Positions 40,635-51,232 are shown, numbered from the stretch's first letter. The stretch is 64,000 nt of DNA from Eubacteriales bacterium (GCA_045655185.1 JAZOOS010000012.1:87396-151395); one strand, 5' to 3'. A program made the numbers and translations. Notes: generated by a model not told the origin, from the letters alone.

Positions 40635-42710
40635 TTAGTCGATCGAGCGAACGATGTAAGGGGCCATCTCGGCTTCCAGCTCGGCTCTTTCCTTCGCGGC
40701 GGCAGCTCTTTCAGCGTCGCGGGCGGCACGCTCGGCAGCTCTTGCGGCTTCTTCCTCGGCGCGCTGAGCGTCGTCAAGAATCGCGCGCATCGAAAGCGAC
40801 AGACGGGAGCGCTCGTTATCGATCTCAACAATCTTTACGTCGACCTCCTGGCCGATCGCAAGAACATCCTGCGGACGGGCGATCTTCTCCTGCGAGATGC
40901 GGGAGATGTGAATGAGACCGTCAACGCCGTCAATAACCTCAGCAAAGGCACCGAAGGGCATCATGCTGACGATCTTGGCCTTTACGATATCACCGACCTT
41001 GTATTCAGCGGCAAACTTGGTCCAGGGATTGTTCTCGGCGGTCTTGTAGCCAAGCGAGATACGCTTCTTCTCGGCATCCAGATCCTTGATGTAAACTTCC
41101 AGCTTGTCGCCTACCGCAACGACTTCCTTGGGGCTCTTGATGTGTTTCCAGGAAAGCTCGGTGTTATGTACCATACCGTCGATACCGCCAATGTCTACGA
41201 ACGCACCGTACGAGGTCAGGTTCTTGACCGTACCGATATAGTGCTTGCCAACCTCAAGGGTAGCCCAGATAGCGGCTTCCTTCTCTTTTTCCTCTTCGAT
41301 CTGTACGCTGCGGATCGAAGCAACGGCGCGCTTCTTATGCTCGTCGATCTCGATGATGCGGGCGCGCTGGGTGGTGCCGAGCAGGGAAGAGAGGTCGCCG
41401 TCCTTCGCGATGCCCGTACGGGAAGCGGGAACGAATACCTTGTTACCCATGTATTCGATCACGACGCCGCCCTTGTTGGTCTCGGTTACGGGGCCTTCGA
41501 TAACGCCGCCCTCGTCCTTCATCGCAATAAGGCCGTACCAATTCTTGTCGCGGTCCACTCTTTTCTTGGAGAGGGTGATGATGCCTTCGCCGTCGTTTAC
41601 ACGGATGACGAAGAGCATAAGCTCGTCACCGACCTTGAACATCTTGGCAAGGTCCGCGTCGGTGTCGTCGGTGATCTGATCACGCTTAACGATACCGGTG
41701 CCCTTGACGCCAACGTCAACGTAAACCGCATCTTTGGCGATGCTCGTTACGATACCGGTCACTGTTTCTCCTGTATTTAAAGTTTTGAGTGTTCCTTCCA
41801 GCATTTCGGCGAAATTTTCGCTTCTGATTTCGTCCATTTCTTTGTATACCTCCATTATTAAACCGTCAGGGGTGGAAGCACCTGCGGTGATTGCAACGGT
41901 AGCATCGGGGGAAAAATTCTTGGAAAGCTCTTTTGCGGATTCGATGAATTGCGTATTTTTGCAGATCGAAGCGCACAGCTCGTAAAGCTTACGGGAGTTG
42001 GAGCTGTTTTTTCCGCCGATGACGATGACGGCGTCGGCCATCTTGGAAAGCGCGATCGCTTCGGATTGCCGTTCTTGCGTCACATTACATATTGTATCAA
42101 ATATTTTTGGATTTGTATATAGTTTTTTGAGATTTTTTTTCGTTTTTTCGAACTCTTTTTTGCTTTCTGTGGTCTGCGCAACCATACAAAGGGGGATATC
42201 GGGTGAAAAATTCTTGCAAAGCGTGAAAAGCTCGTCTGCCTGATTAAAAACGGCGGTAGGGCAGGGGGCGCGGTCCAGCGTTCCCTCTACCTCGGGATGT
42301 CTCCTTTGGCCGAAAAGCAAAAGGATCCCGCTTTCTTCGGCTTCCTCTTCAACCAAGCGGTGGATCTTTTTTACGAAAGGGCAGGTAAGATCGATCACGT
42401 GAAAAAGGGGATGAGAAAGCGAAAGCGCCCGCAACGCCTGCTCGGTGCTTTTGGATACCCCGTGGGTACGGATAACCAAAAAGGTTTTTCTTCCTTCGTC
42501 GCTTTCGGCGGCGCTTTCGGCAGCTGCTTTCTCATCGATCGCAAAAACGCCTTTTTTCTCCAGCTCCTGTATGTATAAGGGGTTGTGGATCAGCTCGCCG
42601 AGGGTGAAGATACGGCAGGGGGCCTCGGCGAGCAAAAGCCTTTCGACCTCTTCAACTGCCCGCCTTACGCCAAAGCAAAAGCCGGCTGATTTTGCCATAA
42701 TAAGCTTCAT
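40635..42710 (-). CDS. ispH: Fused 4-hydroxy-3-methylbut-2-enyl diphosphate reductase / ribosomal protein S1
   Basis: AGFCFGVRRAV, LIHNP, TCPFV, TICNVT..RQ, AGASTP, followed by four S1 repeats (YGAFVDIGGIDGMVH). Confidence 0.95.
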   Translation of the reverse strand: MKLIMAKSAGFCFGVRRAVEEVERLLLAEAPCRIFTLGELIHNPLYIQELEKKGVFAIDEKAAAESAAESDEGRKTFLVIRTHGVSKSTEQALRALSLSHPLFHVIDLTCPFVKKIHRLVEEEAEESGILLLFGQRRHPEVEGTLDRAPCPTAVFNQADELFTLCKNFSPDIPLCMVAQTTESKKEFEKTKKNLKKLYTNPKIFDTICNVTQERQSEAIALSKMADAVIVIGGKNSSNSRKLYELCASICKNTQFIESAKELSKNFSPDATVAITAGASTPDGLIMEVYKEMDEIRSENFAEMLEGTLKTLNTGETVTGIVTSIAKDAVYVDVGVKGTGIVKRDQITDDTDADLAKMFKVGDELMLFVIRVNDGEGIITLSKKRVDRDKNWYGLIAMKDEGGVIEGPVTETNKGGVVIEYMGNKVFVPASRTGIAKDGDLSSLLGTTQRARIIEIDEHKKRAVASIRSVQIEEEKEKEAAIWATLEVGKHYIGTVKNLTSYGAFVDIGGIDGMVHNTELSWKHIKSPKEVVAVGDKLEVYIKDLDAEKKRISLGYKTAENNPWTKFAAEYKVGDIVKAKIVSMMPFGAFAEVIDGVDGLIHISRISQEKIARPQDVLAIGQEVDVKIVEIDNERSRLSLSMRAILDDAQRAEEEAARAAERAARDAERAAAAKERAELEAEMAPYIVRSID

Positions 42711-43360
42711 GCCCCACTCGCTCCTTCCGATTCGGGCAGAAAGCCGCCAAGGGCGCAGGCCTCAAAAAAGACCCGCTCGGCTGCCTCCATATAGCTTCGG
42801 CTGCGGTCGGCAAGACCCAATTCCTCCAAGGAGAGCGGTTTCCCGATATATACGTGTACGGGGCGGAAGAGGCGATAACGCTGATTTTTCATCGTAATAC
42901 AAACGGGTAGGATCGGCAGACCCGCGCGAGAGGCGATCAGGGCCGCCCCCGATTTGATCGGAGTTGTGGCGGGGTTTTTACCCTTTTGGCGGGTCCCCTG
43001 CGGAAAAACCGTTAGAAAACCGCCGCCCTTGGCAACCGTCACCGCGCTTTCAATAGCGCGCACGTCACGCCCCCCGCGATCGAGGGGGATCGCCCCCATC
43101 GCGCGCAAAAGGCGCCCGAAAAGCGGGATACGAAATAACTCTGCCTTCGCCAGATACTTCGGCATACGGTCGCGCGGAAAGGCAGCGGAAAGCGCAAAAA
43201 CGTCGTAAAGCTGTACGTGGTTTGAGCAAACGATACAGCTCGTATCCTTTGGAATATTTTCTTTTCCGTGTACCCGAAGCCGCGTAAAAAAGCGAACGGG
43301 ATGCAAAAGAATAAAATGAAAGAAACGCTCAAAGCGCGAGGTTTTTCCCGTATCGCGCAT
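42707..43360 (-). CDS. plsC: 1-acyl-sn-glycerol-3-phosphate acyltransferase
   Basis: NHxxxxD (NHVQLYD), AKAELF, FPQGTR. Confidence 0.88.
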   Translation of the reverse strand: MRDTGKTSRFERFFHFILLHPVRFFTRLRVHGKENIPKDTSCIVCSNHVQLYDVFALSAAFPRDRMPKYLAKAELFRIPLFGRLLRAMGAIPLDRGGRDVRAIESAVTVAKGGGFLTVFPQGTRQKGKNPATTPIKSGAALIASRAGLPILPVCITMKNQRYRLFRPVHVYIGKPLSLEELGLADRSRSYMEAAERVFFEACALGGFLPESEGASGA

Positions 43361-44025
43361 CACAGCTGACCCTTTTCTTTTATGATCGAAAGCGCCCGTT
43401 CGATGGTTTCTTCCACCGTAAGGAGAGAGTTGTCGAGAAAAACGGCGTCCTCAGCGGGGACGGCGGGGGCGATCTTGCGGGTCGAATCGTTCTTATCGCG
43501 CGTGATCATATCGGATAAGACCTCTTCGTAGGTGCAAGCGACTCCTTTCGCCAAAAGCTCGTCGGTGCGGCGGCGCGCCCTCGCCTCGGAGGAGGCGGTC
43601 AGAAAGATCTTGACCTCGGCATCGGGCAGAATGACCGTGCCGATATCGCGCCCGTCCATGATCACCGAATTCTTTTCGGCGATCGAGCGCTGGGTATCCA
43701 GCAAAAAGGCGCGTACGGTCGGAAGGGCGGATACGGCCGAGGCGTACATCGACATCTCGGGCGTGCGGATCTTATCGCCCACGTCCTCGCCGCAAAGCAG
43801 GATATGCTGCTCTCCGTCACGGAAAAGAAGGGAAAGCGATACCGCGGGCAAAGCGGCGCTGACGGCCGCCTCGTCATGCGGATCGATCCCGTGATCCTTC
43901 ATATAAAGACCGATGCTGCGGTACAGCGCCCCCGTATCCACGTAAATAATCGAGAGGCGCTTGGCAATCGCCTTGGCAAGGCTGCTCTTTCCGGCCCCGC
44001 TCGGCCCGTCAATCGCAATTTTCAT
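43360..44025 (-). CDS. cmk: Cytidylate kinase
   Basis: IAIDGPSGAGKS, DTGALYR, MDGRDIGTVILPDA. Confidence 0.97.
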   Translation of the reverse strand: MKIAIDGPSGAGKSSLAKAIAKRLSIIYVDTGALYRSIGLYMKDHGIDPHDEAAVSAALPAVSLSLLFRDGEQHILLCGEDVGDKIRTPEMSMYASAVSALPTVRAFLLDTQRSIAEKNSVIMDGRDIGTVILPDAEVKIFLTASSEARARRRTDELLAKGVACTYEEVLSDMITRDKNDSTRKIAPAVPAEDAVFLDNSLLTVEETIERALSIIKEKGQL

Positions 44026-45283
44026 AAGAATTATCCTTTCGTTTTTTCGAGATCGCGCGCGCCGCCGCAACGGCGGTCGCAAAGGCGATCTGCAGATTAT
44101 AGCCGCCGGTATAGGCGTCAACGTCTAAGATCTCGCCCGCAAAATATAGGTTTTCGACAAGGCGGGACATCATGCTTTTCGGCTCAACCTCGCGCGTATC
44201 CACCCCACCCGAGGTAACGATCGCTTCGTCGATCGGGCGAAAGGCGGAAAGTGGAAAGGAAAAGCCCTTTAAGAAGGTAAGCAAGAGCCTGCGTTCCTCT
44301 TTTGTGATTGAATTTCCGGTCTTGCTCGGTAAGATCTTGGTTCGTTCAAGGCAGACAGGGATCATAAGCGAGGGTAAAAGACCGCCTAAAATATTTGAGA
44401 TCGCGCGATTCGACTGCTTCGAAAGATCCGAAAGCAAACGCTGATCCAGCGTCTTTTCGTCAAGGGCGGGCTTTAAATCGATCGAGGCGGTTACCTCGCT
44501 TACGGGGATATTCCGTAAATGCGCCGAGGCCGAAAGGACCATCGGGCCGCTGATACCGAAATGGGTGAAAAGCATTTCCCCAAAATCGCGGTAGATCGCG
44601 CGCCCCTCTTTATCGAGAAGGGTAAGCGCAACGTTTTTTAAAGAAAGACCCTGCATTTTTTTGCAGACGTCATCGGGGCTTTCTAACGGGACGAGAGAGG
44701 GAATAAGCGGCGTTACCGTATGGGAAAGAGCGGTGGCCATACGAAGCCCGTCACCGGTTGAGCCGGTACGGGGATAGGATACCCCACCGGTCGCCAGCAA
44801 GACCGCCCCCGCGCGGTATTCTCGCCCGCCTGCCGTAACGCCAACCGCCCGCCCCTCTTCGGTAAGAACAGAGTCGACACGCGTCTTTACGATCCTTGCC
44901 CCTTTTGCGTAACGGGCAAGGGCGTCGACAACGTCAAGCGCGCGGTCGGAAATCGGGAAAACGCGCCGCCCTCGCTCGGTCTTTAAGGAAACGCCGAGCC
45001 CTTCAAAAAGGGACATACAGTCAGCGGGCGTAAAGCCGTATATCGCCGAATAGAGAAAACGCGGGTTCTTGGTCACGTTTTGTAAAAAGTCGGCGGGGGG
45101 GCAATCGTTGGTCAGGTTGCAGCGCCCCTTGCCTGTGATCGAAAGCTTACGGCCGAGCTTTTCGTTCGGTTCAAAGACCGTGACCGAAAGCCCCTCTTCA
45201 AGGGCTTTTCCGGCCGCCATAAGACCGGCCGCTCCACCCCCCACGATCAAAAGGTCAGGGTTTTGTGTAGACATCGTATTCAT
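44009..45283 (-). CDS. HI0933/BaiN-family flavoprotein
   Basis: GGGAAG, GRKLSITGKGRCNLTN, ATGG.SYP.TGSTGDG, LFTHFGISGP, TGGYNLQ. Confidence 0.9.
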   Translation of the reverse strand: MNTMSTQNPDLLIVGGGAAGLMAAGKALEEGLSVTVFEPNEKLGRKLSITGKGRCNLTNDCPPADFLQNVTKNPRFLYSAIYGFTPADCMSLFEGLGVSLKTERGRRVFPISDRALDVVDALARYAKGARIVKTRVDSVLTEEGRAVGVTAGGREYRAGAVLLATGGVSYPRTGSTGDGLRMATALSHTVTPLIPSLVPLESPDDVCKKMQGLSLKNVALTLLDKEGRAIYRDFGEMLFTHFGISGPMVLSASAHLRNIPVSEVTASIDLKPALDEKTLDQRLLSDLSKQSNRAISNILGGLLPSLMIPVCLERTKILPSKTGNSITKEERRLLLTFLKGFSFPLSAFRPIDEAIVTSGGVDTREVEPKSMMSRLVENLYFAGEILDVDAYTGGYNLQIAFATAVAAARAISKKRKDNSYENCD

Positions 45284-46109
45284 CCCAAAGGGCCTCCAAG
45301 CGATCAAAGCGCTCTTTGATGCGCTCTTCGCTTCGGCTTGCGATCTCGGCAAGAAGGGCGTTGATGATGCTAAGCGGCGCCACCAGCGAATCGGCAAAGG
45401 AGGCCATATCGCTTTCGGCCGTCAGAAGGCAGGAGGCCTCGGCGGCGATCGGCGCGCGGACCGAATCGGTAAGGGCGATAACGAACGCCCCGCGGGAGGA
45501 GGCGTACTGAACGGCCTTAACGAGCTTAGAGGAATAGCGGGGAAAGCTGATGGCGAAAAGCACGTCGTTTTCTCCGATCGGCAGGATCTGCTCAAAGACC
45601 TCGCTGACGCTGCTGGGCTGCAAAAGGCGCACGCGGTCAAAAACGAGATTGAGATTCAGCTGCAAAAAGCAGGCAAGGGCCGCGGCGCTTCGGGCCCCGT
45701 AAATATAAATGGTATCGGCCTTGATCAGACGGTCGATCGCCTCGGAAAAGGCCTCGCGGTCGAGCTTGTCCATCGTCGATTTGATCTTTTCGACGTCCTG
45801 CGACATAACCTTTGTAACGAGATCGCCGCCCCCTACGCGAAGCTTGGTAGCCTCAATGCGTTGGCTGGGGGTCAGATGAGAGCGAAGCATGCTTTGAATG
45901 GCCTCTTGAAAGTGGGGATAGCCCGAAAAACCAAGCTCGACCGCAAAGCGGACGACAGTTGATTCAGAGACCCCCGAAAGCTCGCCGAGCTTGGCGGCGG
46001 TAAGATAGGCTGCCCGCTCGTAGCTTTCGGTTATAATATCAGCAAGGCGGCGTTGTCCCTTGGAAAGGGCCGTGTAACGGCTCTTGATCAGCTCGGATAC
46101 ATCTTGCAT
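45255..46109 (-). CDS. MurR/RpiR family transcriptional regulator
   Basis: LSKGQ, VSESTVVRFA..LGFSGYP HTH; SIS domain with ISFPRYS. Confidence 0.9.
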   Translation of the reverse strand: MQDVSELIKSRYTALSKGQRRLADIITESYERAAYLTAAKLGELSGVSESTVVRFAVELGFSGYPHFQEAIQSMLRSHLTPSQRIEATKLRVGGGDLVTKVMSQDVEKIKSTMDKLDREAFSEAIDRLIKADTIYIYGARSAAALACFLQLNLNLVFDRVRLLQPSSVSEVFEQILPIGENDVLFAISFPRYSSKLVKAVQYASSRGAFVIALTDSVRAPIAAEASCLLTAESDMASFADSLVAPLSIINALLAEIASRSEERIKERFDRLEALWDEYDVYTKP

Positions 46110-46142
46110 GACGTATCTCCTTTTTAAACTTGAAATGAACGC

Positions 46143-47600
46143 TTATTCAAAAAGCTTGCGGGCATGGGCGATTCTCGAAAGGCTTTCTTCCTTACCGAGA
46201 ACCTCCATGATCTCGGTGGCGCCGCCGGGGGTGATCGCCTGACCCGAAACCGCAATACGGATGCACCAGAAGAGCGTGCCGGTTTTCAGCCCCGCTTCTT
46301 CGGCAACGGCCGAGAGGGCGGCAAAGAGAGAATCGTTCGTAAAAACGTCGACCTTCTTCAAGGCTTCCTCGCTAAGGGCGAGGACGGTGGGGGCGTTTTC
46401 AAGCGTTACCTTATTCTTTTTGTTTACGAAAAGCTCTTTTTCATACGAGGGAAGCGAGAGGAAGAAGGCCATTACCTCACCCGCCTCGGAAAGCTTACGA
46501 AGCCGCCCGGCAAGAAGGGCAAGTAGCTTTTCCTGATTGATGTTTTCGGGAATATCGAGAGGGAGATAAGGCGCTACCTTTTCGCAGAAAACGTCAAAGG
46601 GCAGCTTGCGGATATATTCGCCGTTGAACCACAGAAGCTTTTCGTAGTCAAAGACCGAGGGGGATTTGCTGACGGCATCGATCGTGAAAAGACTCTCCAG
46701 GTCGCGAAGGGTAAAGAACTCGGTCTCGGATTCCTTCGGGCACCAGCCGAGCAGGGCGATGTAGTTAAGGATCGCCTCGGGCAAATACCCGTCCTCCAAA
46801 AGATCTTGGAAGCTGACGGCGCCGTGACGCTTCGAGAGCTTGGATACGCTTCCGTCGGCGCCCCGCCCCATCAGAAGCGGCAGATGCACGTAGTGCGGTC
46901 TTTTCCAGCCGAAGGCATCGTAAAGCAGGACATACTTCGGGGTCGAGGTGAGGTACTCGCTGCCGCGCACGACGTGGGTAATACCCATCAGATAGTCGTC
47001 TACGATATGGGCAAAGTTATAGGTAGGATACCCGTCGGCCTTCATAAGGATCTGGTCCTGCAGCTCACAGTTATCGGTCGAGATCTCTCCGAAAACCTCG
47101 TCGGTATACGAGGTGGTGCCTTCAAGCGGCATTCTTTGGCGGATAACGTACGGAATCCCCTTTTCAAGGTTTTCCTTTATCTCCTCTGGGGAAAGATCGC
47201 GGCAGTGACGGTCGTAGCCGCCGGTCGCATCCTCTTCATGTAGGGCCTCAAGGCGCTCTTTGGTGCAGAAGCAGTAATAAGCCGCGCCCTTTTCTACGAG
47301 AATCTTGGCGTATTTTGCGTAGATCTCCTTGCGCTCGCTTTGTACGTACGGGCCGTGGTCTCCCCCAACGATCGGGCCTTCGTCATAGGAAAGGCCGGTG
47401 TCGGCAAGCGTTTTTAAGATCACGTCGGTCGCCCCCTCGACGAGTCTCTCACGGTCGGTATCCTCGATACGGACGATGAATTTACCGCCGCCGTGACGGG
47501 CGATAAGATAGGAATACAGGGCAGTGCGAAGGTTCCCAATGTGCATATAGCCCGTAGGGCTCGGCGCAAAGCGGGTGACGAAAGAGGAATTGTTACTCAA
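46143..47600 (-). CDS. gltX: Glutamate--tRNA ligase
   Basis: RFAPSPTG, HIGN, RIEDTD, KLSKR; TTG start. Confidence 0.97.
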   Translation of the reverse strand: MSNNSSFVTRFAPSPTGYMHIGNLRTALYSYLIARHGGGKFIVRIEDTDRERLVEGATDVILKTLADTGLSYDEGPIVGGDHGPYVQSERKEIYAKYAKILVEKGAAYYCFCTKERLEALHEEDATGGYDRHCRDLSPEEIKENLEKGIPYVIRQRMPLEGTTSYTDEVFGEISTDNCELQDQILMKADGYPTYNFAHIVDDYLMGITHVVRGSEYLTSTPKYVLLYDAFGWKRPHYVHLPLLMGRGADGSVSKLSKRHGAVSFQDLLEDGYLPEAILNYIALLGWCPKESETEFFTLRDLESLFTIDAVSKSPSVFDYEKLLWFNGEYIRKLPFDVFCEKVAPYLPLDIPENINQEKLLALLAGRLRKLSEAGEVMAFFLSLPSYEKELFVNKKNKVTLENAPTVLALSEEALKKVDVFTNDSLFAALSAVAEEAGLKTGTLFWCIRIAVSGQAITPGGATEIMEVLGKEESLSRIAHARKLFE

Positions 47601-47716
47601 AATAAGCCATCCTTTCAGTCCGCAACGGAAAGTTCTTTTGCGGAATTGACATTTAAAATTTAATCATATATAATAATAACATAGAATATTTAAAATTGCA
47701 AGGCGGATAAGGAAAA

Positions 47717-49177
47717 ATGTTCAAGAGCATATTTGCAAAGCTTTTATTCACGATCACGGTCGTTTTGAGCGTCAGCTTTTTGATGCTGGCGGCCATTCTT
47801 TCCAATTTCGCCAACAGCTACGAGCTGGATAAGCAAGAGGAGGAGGTAAGGCGTACCGCCACGGCCGCCCGCACGCTTTTGGAGGATGCGTTTTTGGAAG
47901 CAGGCGTTCGGGATATGACCGCCTACGTTACCGAGCAGGAGGAACGCTATAAAGGCTTTTTGCGCATTTTTCTCTCTAACACCGATAATATGATGCTTTT
48001 GCTTTCGGATCCCCTTGGAACCGTCCTTCTTTCCGCCGACGGGACGGTGGATCCCGCCGATCTTTCGGGGCGGTCGATCAATACCGGCGTTCTTGACAAG
48101 GTTGAAGCGGAGGGGGAATACCTTTCGCTTTCCGATGCGGCCCTTTCGGGGGACGAGCAGGGGATCCTTTGCGGCTTTTCTCTTCGTGGGGAGAGCGGCG
48201 ATACGCTCGGGTATCTCTTCGTTTATTCAACCGCGGGGAACTGGGGCGCCCTTACCCGTCTTTTAACGCGCACGGTTCTTTTGACCAGCCTTTGGATCGC
48301 CCTTGGCGCGCTGATCGTTTTGTATCTCTTCTGCGAGCGCCTTTCCGAGCCCATCAAGGAAATGCGTACGGTCAGCGCCCGCTTTGCCAAGGGGCAATTC
48401 GATAAGCGGGTAAGAGTAGAGGGAAACGACGAGATCGCCACCCTCGGCCGTGCCTTTAACGAAATGGCCGATTCGCTTGAGCAGCTGGAAAATATGCGTA
48501 ACAGCTTTATCGCCAACGTCTCGCACGATCTGCGAACCCCGATGACCACCATCCTCGGCTTTATCGAGGGGATCACGGGAGGCGTTATCCCGCCCGATAA
48601 GCGGGATTATTATCTTGATATCGTTGCCGAGGAGGTGCGCCGCCTTTCCCGCCTCGTTACCCAGCTTCTCGACCTTTCCCGTATCCAATCGGGTACGCGA
48701 AAATTCAATTTCACGCGCTTTGATATCTGTGAAATGGCGCGCCTTATCCTGATCTCCTGCGAGCAACGGATCGACGAAAAGCGTTTGGAGGTCGAATTCT
48801 TTGCCGAGGCGGACAATATGTGGGTCTTGGGGGATAAGGATTCGATCCATCAAGTGCTTTACAATCTTTGTGATAACGCCATCAAATTCGCGAAAGAGGG
48901 CGGCATCTTTTCCTTGAAGATCGTAAAAGAGGGAAAGAAAAAGCTTGCGCTTACCGTGTTCAACGAGGGAGAGGGTATCCCCGAAGCGGAGATCCCCTTC
49001 GTTTTCGACCGTTTCTATAAGACCGATAAAAGCCGCGGTCGGGATAAAAGCGGCGCTGGGCTTGGGCTTTATATCGCTAAGACCGTTATGGATGCGCATA
49101 AGGAGAGCTTGACGCTTGAAAGCCGAGAGGGCGAATACTGCGCCTTTACCTTCACGCTTCCGCTTGCGGAGGAGTAA
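47717..49177 (+). CDS. Sensor histidine kinase (HAMP-HisKA-HATPase)
   Basis: Two TM helices, HAMP, SHDLRTP, NLCDNAIK, GAGLGL. Confidence 0.93.
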   Translation: MFKSIFAKLLFTITVVLSVSFLMLAAILSNFANSYELDKQEEEVRRTATAARTLLEDAFLEAGVRDMTAYVTEQEERYKGFLRIFLSNTDNMMLLLSDPLGTVLLSADGTVDPADLSGRSINTGVLDKVEAEGEYLSLSDAALSGDEQGILCGFSLRGESGDTLGYLFVYSTAGNWGALTRLLTRTVLLTSLWIALGALIVLYLFCERLSEPIKEMRTVSARFAKGQFDKRVRVEGNDEIATLGRAFNEMADSLEQLENMRNSFIANVSHDLRTPMTTILGFIEGITGGVIPPDKRDYYLDIVAEEVRRLSRLVTQLLDLSRIQSGTRKFNFTRFDICEMARLILISCEQRIDEKRLEVEFFAEADNMWVLGDKDSIHQVLYNLCDNAIKFAKEGGIFSLKIVKEGKKKLALTVFNEGEGIPEAEIPFVFDRFYKTDKSRGRDKSGAGLGLYIAKTVMDAHKESLTLESREGEYCAFTFTLPLAEE

Positions 49178-49179
49178 GA

Positions 49180-50415
49180 ATGGAAAGAACCATCCTGCAT
49201 TGCGACTGCAATTCCTTTTTCGCTTCGGTCGAATGTCTTCTTGATCCGTCCTTATGGTCGGTTCCCATGGCGGTTTGCGGAAGTGAAGAGGATCGGCGCG
49301 GCATCGTTCTGGCAAAAAACGAGCCGGCAAAGAAATACGGCATCCAAACCGCCGAAACCGTGTACAGCGCCCGCCGCAAATGCCCCGCTCTTGTGACGGT
49401 TCCCCCGCATCATGAGGAATACGCGCGCATATCGGCCGCCATTAACGAGATCTATTCACGCTTTACCGATCTTTACGAGCCCTTCAGCATCGACGAATCC
49501 TGGCTCGACGTCACGGGCAGCCGCGCCCTTTTCGGGGATGGGCTTTCTATCGCAAGGCAGATAAGCGAAACTGTCAAAAAAGAGATCGGGATAACCGTTT
49601 CTATCGGCGTTTCCTTTAATAAGACCTTCGCCAAGCTCGGCAGTGATTATAAAAAGCCGGACGCCATTACGGTTATCAGCCGAGAAAACTACAAGGATAT
49701 TTTGTTTCCCTTGCCCATTGAGGATATGCTGTTCGTCGGCGGGAAGACCGCCGCCCTCTTAAAGAGCGCGGGGATCCGCACCATCGGGGATCTGGCAAAC
49801 AGCAGTCGCGCTTTTCTTTCCGCGCGGCTTGGGAAAATGGGAGAGCAGCTGTGGCAGACCGCCAACGGTCTTGACGAGGCGCAGGTCGTTCCCCCATCCG
49901 AGCGCGAGGAGATAAAAAGCGTCAGTAAGGGAATGACCTTCCGCCGCGATATCGTAGGGCGCGAGGAGGTAAGCCTTGGCCTTTCGGTGCTTGCGGAGGA
50001 GGTCGGCGAGCGGCTTCGCAAAAAGGGGCTTTGCGCCTCTACCGTTTCGGTTTCGATCAAGGACCCCGCCCTTTCGGTCATTAGCCGCCAGTGCAAGCTT
50101 TCACCGCCCAGCGATCTTGGCAGAGAGCTGGCCGAGGCCGCTCTTTCTCTCGTTGAGGGGCTTCTTTACGGCGATCGCCCGATACGGATGCTGACGGTTT
50201 CGGCCAGCGGCCTTTCGAAGAAGGACGACGGCGAGCAGATCGGCTTTTTCGATGAAGAGAGAGATGAAAAAAGAAAAAAGACCGAGCAGATCGAGGTGGC
50301 GATCGACCGTATCCGCCACCGCTTCGGCAACGAATCGATTTATAGCGGCGCCCTGATTGATAACGATCTCGGTATCCATAGCGGGCATAGAGAGAAGGAT
50401 AAAAACTCAAAATAA
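49180..50415 (+). CDS. dinB: DNA polymerase IV
   Basis: ILHCDCNSFFASVE, SIDESWLD, AKLGSDYKKPD. Confidence 0.93.
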   Translation: MERTILHCDCNSFFASVECLLDPSLWSVPMAVCGSEEDRRGIVLAKNEPAKKYGIQTAETVYSARRKCPALVTVPPHHEEYARISAAINEIYSRFTDLYEPFSIDESWLDVTGSRALFGDGLSIARQISETVKKEIGITVSIGVSFNKTFAKLGSDYKKPDAITVISRENYKDILFPLPIEDMLFVGGKTAALLKSAGIRTIGDLANSSRAFLSARLGKMGEQLWQTANGLDEAQVVPPSEREEIKSVSKGMTFRRDIVGREEVSLGLSVLAEEVGERLRKKGLCASTVSVSIKDPALSVISRQCKLSPPSDLGRELAEAALSLVEGLLYGDRPIRMLTVSASGLSKKDDGEQIGFFDEERDEKRKKTEQIEVAIDRIRHRFGNESIYSGALIDNDLGIHSGHREKDKNSK

Positions 50416-50597
50416 AGAAAAGAAAACTTTACAACCTTATCTTTTTTGAAAAAGGCGAAAGAGGGCTGCTTGGTATAGAAAACGGGCGGCCCTCATAGAA
50501 TTTCTTGACAAAGCTTTCCCTTTTTGCTATAATGCATACGTTTGCGCGAGGGAAGATGACCTTTTGCCAAACCTATTTTGTTTTAAAGAGGCAGTAA

Positions 50598-51191
50598 ATG
50601 GATTTCGTTTTTTTTATGAACAGCGCCCTCTTGGGGCTGGGTCTGGCGATGGACGCCTTTTCGGTTTCCTTGGCCGACGGGCTGCACGAGCCGTCGATGT
50701 CACGCAGAAAGAGCCTTGCCGTTGCGGGGGTCTTTGCTTTCTTTCAGGCGGCGATGCCGCTTCTCGGTTGGGTAGCTGTCCACACGGTTCTTTCGGTCTT
50801 TTCGTCGCTTGAAAAGTTTATTCCGCTTACCGCCCTTTTGCTGCTTGCCTTTATCGGCGGCAAGATGATCCACGAGGCGCTGCACGAATGCCCCCCGGGG
50901 GACGAAGCGTGTGAGCTTCGCAAAAAGCTTTCGATGCGCCTTTTACTGGTGCAAGGGATCGCCACCTCGATCGACGCGCTGTCGGTCGGCTTTACGATCG
51001 CTACCTACAATTTCCTTTACGCGCTCGTTTCATGCCTCGTTATCGCCGTGATCACCTTTTTCATCTGCTTTTGCGGGATCTGTATCGGGAAGAAATTCGG
51101 TCTCGCCCTTTCACGCAAGGCGGGGATATTCGGTGGGGTGATCCTCATCCTTATCGGTCTTGAGATCTTTCTTTCCTCGCTTTTCGCTTGA
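50598..51191 (+). CDS. mntP: Manganese efflux pump MntP
   Basis: LAMDAFSVS, FQAAMP, ATSIDALSVG; TTGACA-17-TATAAT promoter upstream. Confidence 0.88.
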   Translation: MDFVFFMNSALLGLGLAMDAFSVSLADGLHEPSMSRRKSLAVAGVFAFFQAAMPLLGWVAVHTVLSVFSSLEKFIPLTALLLLAFIGGKMIHEALHECPPGDEACELRKKLSMRLLLVQGIATSIDALSVGFTIATYNFLYALVSCLVIAVITFFICFCGICIGKKFGLALSRKAGIFGGVILILIGLEIFLSSLFA

Positions 51192-51232
51192 TTTTAAAAA
51201 AATGAAAAACCGCCTTTTTAAGGCGGTTTTTC

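Noticed and set aside
40635-42710. IspH-S1 fusion as a novelty
   Set aside because: Already known and common in Clostridia, in the same cmk-plsC context.
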